This document shows, piece after piece, positions 40,231-54,148 of a stretch of 64,000 nt of DNA; position 1 is the first letter of the stretch; every line of letters begins with the position of its first letter. A program made the position numbers and the translations under genes. The stretch comes from an uncultured delta proteobacterium (GTDB lineage Bacteria > Myxococcota_A > Polyangia > Haliangiales > Haliangiaceae). The DNA lies in assembly GCA_963848295.1 (NCBI GenBank), contig CAWKDB010000010.1:3680001-3744000 (forward strand), given 5' to 3'. The notes under the pieces are model-generated. The model ran no database searches and was not told where the DNA came from. It worked only from the letters and a program-made list of their open reading frames with translations.

Positions 40231-41867
40231 CCCGGATCATTCGTGATGGCTCCAGCTGACCGGCGCTTGGCGGCGGAGCCGCCTCGCGCACGGTCAGGGT
40301 ACGTCGCGAGCTCGCATCGTTGCCGCGGCGCCACGCCGCAACGGTCGGCGATCCGGGAGGCGGCGCACTGGTTGTCAAAGAATCGCCGACTACGTGACGC
40401 CGAGGTCGCGCGCCACGGCGAAGAAGATGTGGGCGAGCGGGAAGGCTCGCGGCAGGCGGACGAGGACGCGGCGGACGGATGCCGTGACGTGAGCCGCGAC
40501 CTTGAGTAGCCGCAAGCGAAGAGTGTCCATCTGGGCGGTTGCGAGCCGAACGCGATCGGTGGAGACATACTCGGTGGCAGGGGCGACGCGCGCGACGGTG
40601 GCACGCAACGCATGCATCAAGCGGTAGGCGATGGCGTGCAGCAAGAGACGGAAGGCGTTGGCGACGAAGCGGTGACACGACAGACGATCGGCGTGGAGCG
40701 CGTTCTTGAGGTCCTTGATGAAGTTCTCCGACTGCCCGCGTGCGCAGTAGGCGACGTCATAGATGAGACCTGGGGAGAACTCGTCGAGCGTGGTCACCAC
40801 GAATCGCGGATTCTCGCCGCGCTCGCTGTGCTCGACCTTGCAGATCACGTGACGCTCGGCGGGCCAGGACTTCGAGGCGTACGACAGCCAAGTGAAGCGG
40901 CGAACGAATCGCTTGCCGTCGAGGAATTCCTCCTCGACGGAGGACCGCAGCGGCTTGGCAAACTCCAGCAGCCGCGAATTCTTCGCGACACCGATCACGT
41001 ACTCGACGTCGCCGAGCTCGGCGTCAAGCTGCTCGAGGCGATCGAGGAGCTTGGGCATCGCAAACGCGGAGTCACCGCGCACCAGGATGCTTGCGTGGGG
41101 GCACCGTCGGCGAATGGCTCGAATCAGCCGCGTGAGGATCGTGATCGCACCCTTGGCGGCGTGCGCACGCCCGGGCCGGAGCAAGGCGGTGATCAGCTGC
41201 CCACTCAGGGCGTCGAACACGAGCAGCGGGTGAAGCATGTGCTGGTCGTAGAAGCCGTGGAAACACATGAGCTCCTGGTTGCCGTGGGTCTGGTCATCGG
41301 TGGAGTCGATGTCCAGAACGATCAGGTCGGTCGTCGATACGAGTTCGTCGACGTAGACCTGCTCGTAGGCGCGAGTCAGCCGATTGAGCTCGCGACCGGT
41401 GATCGCGTTTTCGAACCGCGACAGCGTCGGCTGCGATGACATCGCGTGATCTTCGGCGTCGCACGCCAGGCGAAGTGCCGGATCGTGGCGCAACCAGTCC
41501 GCATCGTTGCAGTCCTCGTAGCCGAGGCAGATCTGATAGACGCGCTGCCGGACTTGCTCGAGGCGCGAATGCCGAACTCGAGCTGAGTCGCGCCGATCGC
41601 CGAGTAACGCTGTCAGACGCGTCGTCAGCTCCAACCGCTCGTCGAGCTTGCGCAGCAGCACGACGCCGCCATCGGAGGACACCTGTTCGGCGTCAGCGCT
41701 CAGAATCGCGCGGCGGCGCTGGAACTGAAGCTCGATCGGTGGAATACACGGTGTCGTCGGTGCGTGGGCAAATTCGTTTGTCTTCACAAACAGCGAAACC
41801 TGCGTACCGGCACCGAAATTCCGGCGATGCGCTCCTCGCGGCGCGCTCCCTTCGCGAATGATCCGGG
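40231..41867 (-). mobile_element. IS1380-family insertion sequence (1637 bp)
   Basis: Terminal IRs CCCGGATCATTCG(T/C)GA at 40231 and 41867; CTAG on both flanks (40227-40230 and 41868-41871). Confidence 0.92.
40390..41787 (-). CDS. IS1380-family DDE transposase
   Basis: SSDGG, GYEDCND, SQPTLSRFEN, LDIDST, RGDSAF, YCARGQSENFIKDLK. Confidence 0.93.
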   Translation of the reverse strand: MKTNEFAHAPTTPCIPPIELQFQRRRAILSADAEQVSSDGGVVLLRKLDERLELTTRLTALLGDRRDSARVRHSRLEQVRQRVYQICLGYEDCNDADWLRHDPALRLACDAEDHAMSSQPTLSRFENAITGRELNRLTRAYEQVYVDELVSTTDLIVLDIDSTDDQTHGNQELMCFHGFYDQHMLHPLLVFDALSGQLITALLRPGRAHAAKGAITILTRLIRAIRRRCPHASILVRGDSAFAMPKLLDRLEQLDAELGDVEYVIGVAKNSRLLEFAKPLRSSVEEEFLDGKRFVRRFTWLSYASKSWPAERHVICKVEHSERGENPRFVVTTLDEFSPGLIYDVAYCARGQSENFIKDLKNALHADRLSCHRFVANAFRLLLHAIAYRLMHALRATVARVAPATEYVSTDRVRLATAQMDTLRLRLLKVAAHVTASVRRVLVRLPRAFPLAHIFFAVARDLGVT

Positions 41868-41877
41868 CTAGACCGCG

Positions 41878-44676
41878 CTAGACCGACGACAGCCCGAGCG
41901 CGCCGCGCAGGGCGACGTGGGCCGCGCTGTAGGCGAACTCGACGAGGTCTTTGTCGAGATCGCCGACCTCGCGCGCGCCGCCGAATGCAGCCGGGATATC
42001 CGCGGCCAACAGCATGCCGGCGCGATCCGCGGTGCGCGAGAGCGAGCGCGCCCAGGTCGACAGGTTCAGGCCACCTCCCGAACGCGACAGCACGCGCAGT
42101 GCCGCGGCGCGAGCCTGCGCACGCGTCGTTTCGGTGAGCCTGGCGATCGCGTCGCTCGCCGCCGCGGCGAGCGGGTCGTCGGCGCCGGCGTCGGTCCCGG
42201 CGGCTTCTCGCGCGATCGCGAGCACGATGGCGCGCAGCACTCGCCCGGGGCGCGACGCGCCGACCGCGCGACCGGGCAACACGAACGTCAGGGCGCGCGC
42301 GAGCCGGAACACGAGCTCGGGCCGCTCCGGGGCGGTGAGGGCTTCGTCGCCGGCGATCATCACCGGCGGGTCGCACGCGACGACGTGGATCTGCGAGCCG
42401 AGCTCGACCCGCGAGTACACCGGCGCGGGCGACACGCCGAGCAGCACCGCGATGCTGGCGCGCAGCTTCGCGAACGCCGGCGGCAGGTCGGAGTCGCCGA
42501 CGTGTTGGCTCGCGTCGAGCTCCGCGGCGGCGAGCGTCATCGGCGCGAGGGTGTGAACGGCGGGTGCGACGAGCTCGAGCAGGGCGCCGAGATCGAGTGA
42601 ATCGTCGCCGTGGCGCAACAGGCTCCAATGATCGCGGCCGAGCGGGCCTTTGGGTTGGGCCGCGCCGCGCACGCGATGCGTTTCGTACATCGTCTCCATC
42701 GACGTGTCGGCGCTACCGAGCGCGACCATCGTCGACGCCGCGAGAAACGCGGCATCGCCATGACCCGCGGCTTCGGTCGTGCGAACGAGCGCCGCGCCCG
42801 ACGTCGGATCGCCGAGGGCTTCGCGCCAACCGGCGCGGGCCGGCTCGCGGGTCTCGGGCCGCGCCGTGCGCTCGCCGAGTGCAGCGACGTCGGGATCACG
42901 TGGCGCCAGGCGTTGCGCGTTCGCGAGCGCGGCGAGGCCGGCGATACGATTGTCGAGATGATCGAGGTAGAGCTTCGCGAGCCGAGTCCACGCCGTCGCT
43001 TCAGCGATATCGCCGCGACCGCGCAACCGGAACAGCAACCGCTTGAGCGTGCGTTCCCACCGGCGGAGCTCGCCGCGCGATACCAGCAGGGCTTCGAGGG
43101 CGCTCGCGGCTTGGACCCGCGCCGGGTCGCGTTCGAGCGCGCGCTCGAGGTGGAACATCGCTTCGGCGTCGTCGACGCGCAACGCCGCATCGATCCGACC
43201 CATGTAGTCGTGGCCGGCGGCATGATCCGGATCGATCGCGAGCGCGCGGTCGAGGTGAGGGCGCGCGGCTTCGGCCGCCGGCGTGCTCGCACCACCGGCG
43301 TTCCACTCGCACCAACCGAGCGCGGCGTGGTAGTCGGCTTCGCCCGGCGAGCGCGCGAGCACGGTCTTGATCAAGCCGATCGCCTGCGCCCATTGCTCCT
43401 TGGCCATCAGCCCTTCGGCGAGGCGGAAGTTGAGCTCCGTGTCGATCGAGGGCGGCGCCTGGACGAGCTCGCCACCCGCCAGCTCGCGATCGTATTGCGC
43501 ACGCTGATGGACGTCGAGGAGCGTGGCTCGCGCCAGATCGTAGGCCGCGCGGATGTCGACGAGCTTCTCGCGCTCTCGCGGCGAATCACCGAGGCCGCGC
43601 TCGGCCGCGTTCATCAGGTGCGAGCGCAGGTCATGGGCATCGTCGATCTCGGCGGCGCTCGCCTTCGAGCCGACCATGAGCAGCGCGTAATGATCGGCTT
43701 CTCGGATCCGCGTGTGCTCGGCCGCGATCGCCTGGGTCGCGGCGGCGTTCTGATCGCGCTGCGTGCTGACCGCGGCGAGCTCGGCCGGCGACACGATGCC
43801 GGAGTCCTCGTCGTGGATCGCGTACACCGGCTCGGTCGGGCCGAAGTCGAGCGGTGCCGCGCCCGAGGTCGAGCGATCGCCAGAGTAGCTGTCCTCGAAC
43901 AAGATGTCGTACAGCGTGTCGTGCGGCTGATCACCGGTGGCCGCGCGACCGACCGCGGGCCCGCTCGCACCGAGGCCGATGTTCGCCGCGGTGGCGACCA
44001 CGGCATCGCACATCACCATCGCGTCGATCGCGAGCCGAGCCTGCGCGCGATCGCCGAGCGCGCGCTCGATGTCGGCGATCGAAGCGCCCGGCGTCAACGC
44101 GAGCACGACGCGCTCGCCGAACGTGCGACGCAGCTCGTGGCGCAGCCGGTTGCCGCGCTCGGTCAGCTCGAAGCTCATCGCGTCGAACCGGGCGAGGCGC
44201 GCGAGGTCCTCGACGGCGGTTTCGCGCAGCCCGTCGAGCACGACCTCGACCATCCGCAGCTGCATGCCCTCGACCGGCTGGTGGCCCTCCTCGAATCGCC
44301 ATGCGCCTTGCGGCCAGCGCAGCGCTTGCACGAGCTTGTGCCGCGCCTGTCGGCCGAGCTGATCGATGAGCTGCTCGACCGTCATGATCTGCAACGCGAC
44401 GAGCGCTTCGCCGAGCTTGCCTCCGACCGCCGAAGCGCGCGTCACCGCGAGGCGATGCTGGTCCTCGGTGATGACGCCGCTGTTGACCAGGAAGTGACCG
44501 AGCGTCTCGTCGCGCGGAGTCGAGCTCGTGCTGACCGGGTTGCCGTTGACGAGGTCGACGGACTTCGAAACGCGGCCACGACGCAGCACGAGCTTTCCGG
44601 TCGCGAAGTCCTCGTGCAGATCGAGCAGGACCGCGGGCAGCGGTCGCATCGCGAGCTCCCCTGACCGCGACTGCAT
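41878..44676 (-). CDS. DUF4388 + degenerate J-domain + TPR protein
   Basis: TGKLVL...LGHFLV...LGEALV...[14 protein letters not shown]...[12 protein letters not shown]...RAQYD without HPD; TPRs. Confidence 0.75.
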   Translation of the reverse strand: MQSRSGELAMRPLPAVLLDLHEDFATGKLVLRRGRVSKSVDLVNGNPVSTSSTPRDETLGHFLVNSGVITEDQHRLAVTRASAVGGKLGEALVALQIMTVEQLIDQLGRQARHKLVQALRWPQGAWRFEEGHQPVEGMQLRMVEVVLDGLRETAVEDLARLARFDAMSFELTERGNRLRHELRRTFGERVVLALTPGASIADIERALGDRAQARLAIDAMVMCDAVVATAANIGLGASGPAVGRAATGDQPHDTLYDILFEDSYSGDRSTSGAAPLDFGPTEPVYAIHDEDSGIVSPAELAAVSTQRDQNAAATQAIAAEHTRIREADHYALLMVGSKASAAEIDDAHDLRSHLMNAAERGLGDSPREREKLVDIRAAYDLARATLLDVHQRAQYDRELAGGELVQAPPSIDTELNFRLAEGLMAKEQWAQAIGLIKTVLARSPGEADYHAALGWCEWNAGGASTPAAEAARPHLDRALAIDPDHAAGHDYMGRIDAALRVDDAEAMFHLERALERDPARVQAASALEALLVSRGELRRWERTLKRLLFRLRGRGDIAEATAWTRLAKLYLDHLDNRIAGLAALANAQRLAPRDPDVAALGERTARPETREPARAGWREALGDPTSGAALVRTTEAAGHGDAAFLAASTMVALGSADTSMETMYETHRVRGAAQPKGPLGRDHWSLLRHGDDSLDLGALLELVAPAVHTLAPMTLAAAELDASQHVGDSDLPPAFAKLRASIAVLLGVSPAPVYSRVELGSQIHVVACDPPVMIAGDEALTAPERPELVFRLARALTFVLPGRAVGASRPGRVLRAIVLAIAREAAGTDAGADDPLAAAASDAIARLTETTRAQARAAALRVLSRSGGGLNLSTWARSLSRTADRAGMLLAADIPAAFGGAREVGDLDKDLVEFAYSAAHVALRGALGLSSV

Positions 44677-44706
44677 GGGCTCGTTGAGCTTACACCGCGC
44701 TCGGGA

Positions 44707-45752
<1,046 letters not shown>

Positions 45753-45756
<4 letters not shown>

Positions 45757-46793
45757 GACGGCACCTCGACGGAATCGGGCGGCTCCGCGGCGGTCGCGGC
45801 CAAGCCCTGGCCGTCGAGCGGAAAGTGACAGCGCACGCGCGATCGGCCGAGCTGGACCAACTCCGGCTCGACGGCGCGACACTTGTCTTGCACCGCGGGA
45901 CAGCGATCGGCGAACTTGCAACCGACCGGCCACTCGCCGAGCGCCGGCACCATGCCTTTGATCTCGGCGAGCCGGGCTTTGTCGTCGATCGGGGCGTCGT
46001 CGCCGTAGGTCGGCACCGAGCGCAACAGGCCCGCGGTGTAGTGATGGCGCGGCTGCGCGAACAACACGTCGGTCTCGGCGCGCTCGACGACGCGGCCTGC
46101 GTACATCACGACGACCTCGTCGCACGTCTCTGCGACGACGCCGAGGTCGTGGGTTATCAGCAAGATGCTCATACCGAGCTCGCGTTGCAGGCGCTTCAGC
46201 AGCTCGAGGATCTGCGCTTGAATCGTGACGTCGAGTGCGGTCGTCGGCTCGTCGGCGATCAACAGATCCGGCTTGCACGCCAGGGCCATCGCGATCATCA
46301 CGCGTTGCCGCATGCCGCCGGACAGCTGATGTGGATACGCGTCGACCCGATCCTCCGGCGACGGAATGCCGACGAGCCTGAACATCTCGATCGCGATCGT
46401 GCGCGCCTCGGCCTTCGATTTGCGCTGGTGCAGGCGGACCGCTTCGCCGACCTGATCCCCGACGGTGAACACCGGGTTCAGCGAGGTCATCGGCTCCTGA
46501 AAGATCATCGCGATCCGGTTGCCACGGATCTTGCGCATCTCCTCGGCAGGCAGCTCGAGCAGATCCGTGCCGCCGTACGTGATCGTGCCGCTCGCGATCC
46601 GGCCGGGCGGCGATGCGATCAGCCGCATCACGCTGAGCGCGGTGACCGACTTGCCGCAACCGGACTCGCCGACCACTCCGACCGTGCCGCGCGACGGAAT
46701 CTCGAACGATACGCCGTCGACCGCGCGCACCGTGCCGTGCTCGGTGCGGAACTCCGTCACCAAGTCCCGGATCTCGAGCAGCGCGTCAGCCAC
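45753..46793 (-). CDS. oppD: Oligo/dipeptide ABC transporter ATP-binding protein (OppD-like)
   Basis: [26 protein letters not shown]. Confidence 0.9.
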
Positions 46794-46820
46794 GTCGCCC
46801 GCAGCGTACCATCACCGGGT

Positions 46821-46943
46821 TCAGCCGCCGCGTTTCCAGCGCTCGAGCGCGGCGAGCCACTCCGCACAGTCGAGCCCGTACAGATCGAAGTGGATGCGCT
46901 GCAGCACGACCTCCTCGCCCGCCCGAACCTCGTAACGCGCCAT
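46821..46943 (-). CDS. Unannotated 40-aa small ORF
   Basis: MARYEVRAGEEVVLQRIHFDLYGLDCAEWLAALERWKRGG; mostly G/C third positions; TAGTTT 7 nt upstream. Confidence 0.5.
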   Translation of the reverse strand: MARYEVRAGEEVVLQRIHFDLYGLDCAEWLAALERWKRGG

Positions 46944-47007
46944 CGGGCGAAAACTATCCCGGTTGCCGCGCGAGCGCTACGGGCTGGGTTTCGGGCGCGG
47001 ATGCGAG

Positions 47008-47613
47008 TCAGCTCGGGACGTCGAACGCGAGGTCGTCGAGGCCGATGCCTGCGGAGTCGGTGATCTGGGTGACCTCGATGCGCGTGACGTTGCGATAGCT
47101 CGACAGGTCGACCGGGACCGGCACGTCGACATCGCCGTGACCCACGAGGTCGACGGTCGCCGATAGCGAGCCCGAGACATAGACGTTGATCTTCGCGGCG
47201 GCAATCCCGGACCCGTTGACGCCGATGACGTTGAACGCGATGTTCTGCACCGGCTTCGTGAAGTCGATGTAGTAATCGCCGGTACACCCCTCCGTGCAGA
47301 CGAAGTTCGGCGGCGATGCGCCGAGGCCGAGGTTCGCGATCGTGTAGATCTTGTCGCCCGCGGCGGCGGAGAACGTCGCGTGCAGGGCGTACTGCGTCGT
47401 CACCGTGACATCGTCACCGAGGTCGTCGAAGTTGATCAGGACGCTCGAGACGGTCTCGCGCGCAGCGTCGGGTTCGCCGCCACCGCCGCCACCGCCGCCA
47501 CCACCGCCGCCACCGCCACCGCCGCCACCACCGCCGCCACCGCCACCGCCACCACCGCCGGCGGCCGAGCACGCGACCACGCTGACCAGCAAGAGGACGC
47601 TCACCTTTGTCAT
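47008..47613 (-). CDS. Lipoprotein with a 28-residue poly-Gly linker and a beta-sandwich domain
   Basis: Lipobox VVAC; INFDDL...GLDDLAF domain. Confidence 0.75.
   Translation of the reverse strand: MTKVSVLLLVSVVACSAAGGGGGGGGGGGGGGGGGGGGGGGGGGGGEPDAARETVSSVLINFDDLGDDVTVTTQYALHATFSAAAGDKIYTIANLGLGASPPNFVCTEGCTGDYYIDFTKPVQNIAFNVIGVNGSGIAAAKINVYVSGSLSATVDLVGHGDVDVPVPVDLSSYRNVTRIEVTQITDSAGIGLDDLAFDVPS
47476..47559. repeat. (GCC/ACC)28 trinucleotide tract (Gly codons on the minus strand)
   Basis: Counted directly. Confidence 0.9.
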
Positions 47614-47705
47614 GGCGGTCCGGACGTGGGCTCGGTCGGCGCAGTCGCACGGCGACCGCTCCTAGACTTCTTCGGCGACCGGTGGCTAACATCGCCGCGG
47701 GAACG

Positions 47706-48665
47706 GTGAGGAGCCTCGCTTCGATCGCGTGGATAGGCGTTGCCTCGGGCGGCGTCGCGGCATGCGTGTCGCCGCTGCCGGGCTCGAACGTGCAGCTCGA
47801 TCTGTCGGCCGAGTCTCCGGTCCAAGCCCCGATCGGCGCGATCCCGGGCCCGAACCAGCTGCCGACCGACGTTCACTTCACGCTGTACGCATACGACGAC
47901 GGCACCGACGCGGCCGGCGATCCGGTCGGGCGGCTATTTTCACTCAGCCAATTCGAGGTGCATCGCGTCGTCGACGTGGGGTCGCCGTGCTTCATCGACC
48001 TCGCCGACCACACCGAGTTCCCGGGCATCCATGTCACGCAGTACGCGAATGCGGTGATGAGCAAGTACGGCTTCACAAACGTCTCGAACCCGCCGCCCGA
48101 CGCGACGATGAATCAGGAGATCGAGGTCGCGACCGCGGTGCAGCGCGAGCTCGATGTCGACGCGCTCGCCGGCGATATGGGCATCGGCGTCGTGACCTCG
48201 GCGTCGACCGCAACATACGGCGCGGTCGCGACCGACTGCAGCCTGTCCGACCCGACGCAGATTCCGCCGCCGATCTGCACCGATGACGCCTCGAACGCTC
48301 TGCGGCTGAAGCTGTGCCAAGCCGCCTGGGCCGCCGATCCCGATCTGTTCGAAGGCACCGATCGCGTGCTGACGTCGCCGCTCGCCGGCACGACCCACGG
48401 CTTCGTCGATGGGATCAACCCGCTCGACGCCGCCCCGATCGGCGGAGCGCAGCTGTTCGTGCCCGACGAGCTGTCCGGCTTCGCCGGCTACGCCATCTAT
48501 TGGCAAGTGGACAATATGCCGGACCCCGGGACGTTGCTGCTGTACGGCCAAGCGACGATGCCGACGCTCGGCGTGATGCACGTCCACATGATCAGCCCGG
48601 GCTCGGGCCTGACCGCCGAGCTCGCGATCTTCGCGAACCTCGATCAAGACGGCACCGAGTTCTAG
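47706..48665 (+). CDS. Cys-containing lipoprotein, unknown function
   Basis: Lipobox VAAC; start estimated at GTG 47706. Confidence 0.7.
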   Translation: MRSLASIAWIGVASGGVAACVSPLPGSNVQLDLSAESPVQAPIGAIPGPNQLPTDVHFTLYAYDDGTDAAGDPVGRLFSLSQFEVHRVVDVGSPCFIDLADHTEFPGIHVTQYANAVMSKYGFTNVSNPPPDATMNQEIEVATAVQRELDVDALAGDMGIGVVTSASTATYGAVATDCSLSDPTQIPPPICTDDASNALRLKLCQAAWAADPDLFEGTDRVLTSPLAGTTHGFVDGINPLDAAPIGGAQLFVPDELSGFAGYAIYWQVDNMPDPGTLLLYGQATMPTLGVMHVHMISPGSGLTAELAIFANLDQDGTEF

Positions 48666-48678
48666 CCACGGGAGCACC

Positions 48679-49764
48679 ATGCGGACCCTCTACATCGCCG
48701 CGCTGTTCGGATCGCTCACCGGGTGCAAGAACGTCGACTGCGGCGCCGGCACGATCGAACGCAACGGTGCGTGCGCACCGGCCGACGAGACGATCGGAGC
48801 CGCGGCCTGCGGGTCGAACACGATGCTGGTCGGCGATCAGTGCTTGCCGACGTTCACGCCGACCGTGTGCGACCCGGCGACGACACAGGAAGATGTCGAT
48901 CCCACGACCGGGGTCGTGACATGCATCGGCACCGGCGGGGGCGGATGCAGCGCGCCGCAGGCGTGTCCGGCGCCGATGCCGGGAACGCAGACGATCTGCG
49001 GACAGCTCTACGATCTCGCGACCGGCGTCGCGTTCCAGGACTCGGGCGCGACCGGCGCGGCGTGCACGACGGCGACTCCGACCGGGCCGTGCTCGCTCGC
49101 GATCCAGGCGTACGACGCGATCGCCTTCGCGACGGACCCGACGACCGCGACGCCGCTCACCGTCGGCGGAGTCGACATCGACGACTGCGGTCGCTACCGA
49201 GTCCGAGACATCACACCGCCGAGCGGCCCGTTCATCGGCCTCGGCATCGACGACTCGGCACCGGCCGCTCTCGGGCCGACCGGCACGACGAACGCGGTCG
49301 GCGTCGCGACGCTGACCGCCGCGAACACCGCGACCAAGGGCTTCGAGGCGTGGATCGTCACGCAAGCGACGACCGACATGTGGACCGCGACCGGAGGGCC
49401 GACCGTGACGACGACGGGCGTGTTCGCCGCGATCTATCGCGCGGCGTCGACCGGGACGGCGACGCAGGCCGGCGTGACGTTCACGCGCAACAACGTCGCC
49501 GAGCCGACCGACACCTTCTACTTCGCGGCGGGCGATGCGATGCGACTCGCGGTGGATCCCACCGCGATGATGACGGGCGCCAACGGCACCGCGCTGATCG
49601 ACAACGCGAACGTCGCAGATAGCCTCGCATACAGCGGCACCGGCGGGTTTGCCGATACGACCGACTGCCGATGGGAGACGCACGCCGGCGCTTCGCTGCC
49701 GAACGTCGTGTTCGTGCAGATCTTCCGGCCCATCAACCAAATCGGCGAGCAGTGCCCGTTGTAG
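48679..49764 (+). CDS. Cys/Thr-rich lipoprotein
   Basis: GGAG RBS; lipobox LTGC; CGAGT...CGSNT Cys repeats. Confidence 0.75.
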   Translation: MRTLYIAALFGSLTGCKNVDCGAGTIERNGACAPADETIGAAACGSNTMLVGDQCLPTFTPTVCDPATTQEDVDPTTGVVTCIGTGGGGCSAPQACPAPMPGTQTICGQLYDLATGVAFQDSGATGAACTTATPTGPCSLAIQAYDAIAFATDPTTATPLTVGGVDIDDCGRYRVRDITPPSGPFIGLGIDDSAPAALGPTGTTNAVGVATLTAANTATKGFEAWIVTQATTDMWTATGGPTVTTTGVFAAIYRAASTGTATQAGVTFTRNNVAEPTDTFYFAAGDAMRLAVDPTAMMTGANGTALIDNANVADSLAYSGTGGFADTTDCRWETHAGASLPNVVFVQIFRPINQIGEQCPL

Positions 49765-49766
49765 CA

Positions 49767-51727
<1,961 letters not shown>

Positions 51728-51731
<4 letters not shown>

Positions 51732-54124
51732 GTCGCCGGGAAGATTCGGATCGGGTACGTGGACGTGCACGTGGACGTGTCACGTGCACGTGCACGACCG
51801 CGAAGACGATCGCGAAGACGACCGCGACGATGATCGCGCTGCTCCTGTTCATGACCGCTACGGCGCACGCGGCGCCCGACGTCGAGGTTCCGCAGCTCGT
51901 GCTCGATCCGACCGACGCGACGCCCGAAGCCGACGAGGCGCTCGACCTCGCGAACATCGTGTTGAGCGCCGCGAAGGGCATCACGACGGTCCAAGAAGCG
52001 CCCGCGATCGTCACGGTCGTGACCGCCGACGAAATCAAAGATCGCCAGTTCCAGAGCCTTCCCGATCTCGTCGATACGATTCCCGGCTGGTACCAGATCT
52101 CGATCTACAACTCGACGTTCGACACTCCGCTGGTGCGCGGCCAGGTCCAAGCCGTGCAGTTCCTGCAGGACGGCGTATCGATGTTCGATCCGTACGTCAA
52201 CGTACCGGCGATCAATCGCACGCAGCCGATGGAGCTCATCAAGCGCGTCGAGATGATCACCGGCCCGGGCGGCGTGTTGTGGGGCTCGAACTCGTTGCTC
52301 GGCATCCTCAACGTGATCACGAAAGACGCCGAAGACGTCGATGGCGTCGAGATGGGGGCGACGGTCGGAGACGGTGACGGCGATCGCCGGATGGCCCGCG
52401 CGTACGTCATGGGCGGGAAGGCCGATCTGCTCGGCGGTCACCTGAAGCTCTTCGGCCACTCTAGCGTCGAGACCTACGACGGAGCCGCGCTCGCGGGTCC
52501 TTTGCTCGTGTTCCACGATCCGCTGCCGTTGCCGAACTCCGCGAACATCTACGGCCCATTGACGACGACGGACCAGGCGCGCTCGATGATCGTCAACCTC
52601 GACGGGAAGGTCACCTACGACAAGCTGCAGCTGCGGATCTCCGCGCCGTTCGGCCACATGTACAAGCCGTTCGGTTTATCCGGCGAGCCGGTGCGCGACG
52701 ATCCGAACGCGCTCGATCCGCAGGGCGTGAGCCGCTACAACCGCTCCGACGACTACGATCGCTATATCGTCGCCGAGTATCGCACGCGGTTCGCGCACGA
52801 TACCGCCGGCCTCACCGCGCGCGCGTACGCCATCGAGTTCGTCCGCGACTTCGAACCGCTGCAAGTCCTCGCGCCGTCGACGATCTCGCCGGGCGGCCTG
52901 TCGTTCGCCGCCGATCTGACGAGCTATCGCGCCGGCGGTGCCCTCGATGGCGATGTCGAGCTCGGCCATCGCCTGCGGATCCTGTACGGCGGCGAAGCGT
53001 TCAACGAGTGGAAGCCGATCGACACCACGGGCTCGATCGAAGGTGCCGGCACGCAGACCGATTTCCGAGCGCCGTACGATCTGACCCGGCTGCCGATCTT
53101 GTGCCCGCGGATCTACGACCCGACCACGCATGCGTTGACTCCGATCGCCGGCTGTCCGGTGACGTTCGCGTATCCCGCCGATCGCACCGTGCTCGGCGCG
53201 TACGTCGACCCGCAGTGGCGGCCGAACGACAAGCTGATCTTCGATGGCGGCGCTCGCGTGCAGGTCGCCCCGGGCGCACTCGGCTCGCTGAGCTATTCGC
53301 CGGATACGACGTTCGCCGGCACCGTGGTGTGGAACTTCATCCCGAACTGGCACTTGAAGCTCAACTTCGCGCAGGGCTTCCGGCCGCCGGTGTTCAACGA
53401 CACCGTATCGAACGGCTCGGCGGTGCAGATCGCCGGCAACCCGAACCTCAAGGTCGAGACGTCCAACGCCGAGCAAGCCGAGATCAACGCCCGGATCTTC
53501 AAGGGCGATCGCCGCATTCGCGAGCTGTCGTTCCGCGTCGACGGCAGCTACACGCGGATCGACAACCTGATCCAAGTCGAATCCGGCAGCTATCAGAACT
53601 CTGGAACGCGCGGCATCGCCGAGGCCGAGTTCCTCGCGAAGCTCTACATTCAAGGCGGCCATCGGATCGAGCTCGGCTACACGTGGATGAACGTCGACAC
53701 GACCGACAAGGGCGTGATCGATGCGGTGCCGGAGAACTACTTCAACCTCGCCGGGGTGTGGAGCCTGATCCCGGGCCAGCTCACGGCGACCACGAACCTC
53801 AAGATCGCGGGTGCTTCGGTCGATCCGAACCGGCTCGTCGAGTACCGCGCGTCGAGCTATGACGCGATGGGCAACCCGCAAAACCTCGTCGCGGTCGCCG
53901 CGACCGACCTCGTGCTCGACCGGCTGCCGCCGGTGGCAGAGCTGTCGTGTGGCGTGACCTGGACCCCCACGAAACGGTTCTCGCTCCGGGCGACGATCTA
54001 CGATGCGCTCGGCGGGCATTACTATCAACCCGACGTGTTCTACGACTATGAACCGCACCTCGAGTACCTACCGAACCCCTATCCAGGGTTTCGCGGCTAC
54101 GTCTCAGCGATGTTTCAGTATTAG
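51728..54124 (+). CDS. TonB-dependent receptor
   Basis: EAPAIVTVVTADEI, IKRVEMITGPGGVLWGSNSLLGILNVIT plug motifs; GFRPP, GNPNLKVETS; terminal aromatic FQY. The start may be ATG 51830. Confidence 0.9.
51757..51838. repeat. ACGTG(G/C) hexamer array followed by 12-mer A(C/T)CGCGAAGACG repeats
   Basis: acgtgg acgtgc acgtgg acgtgt c acgtgc acgtgc acg, read directly. Confidence 0.75.
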
Positions 54125-54148
54125 CGGTATGCTCTGGCCAGAGGGATC

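Noticed and set aside
40218..40246. IS-created hybrid promoter with a consensus -35
   Set aside because: The hexamer at 17-nt spacing is TCACGA, a poor match.
47351..47665. Poly-proline ORF
   Set aside because: Antisense reading of the poly-Gly tract.
48679..49764. Calling this gene traA
   Set aside because: It has a lipobox and lacks a MYXO-CTERM tail and the long C-terminal Cys-repeat stalk; only its position resembles traA.
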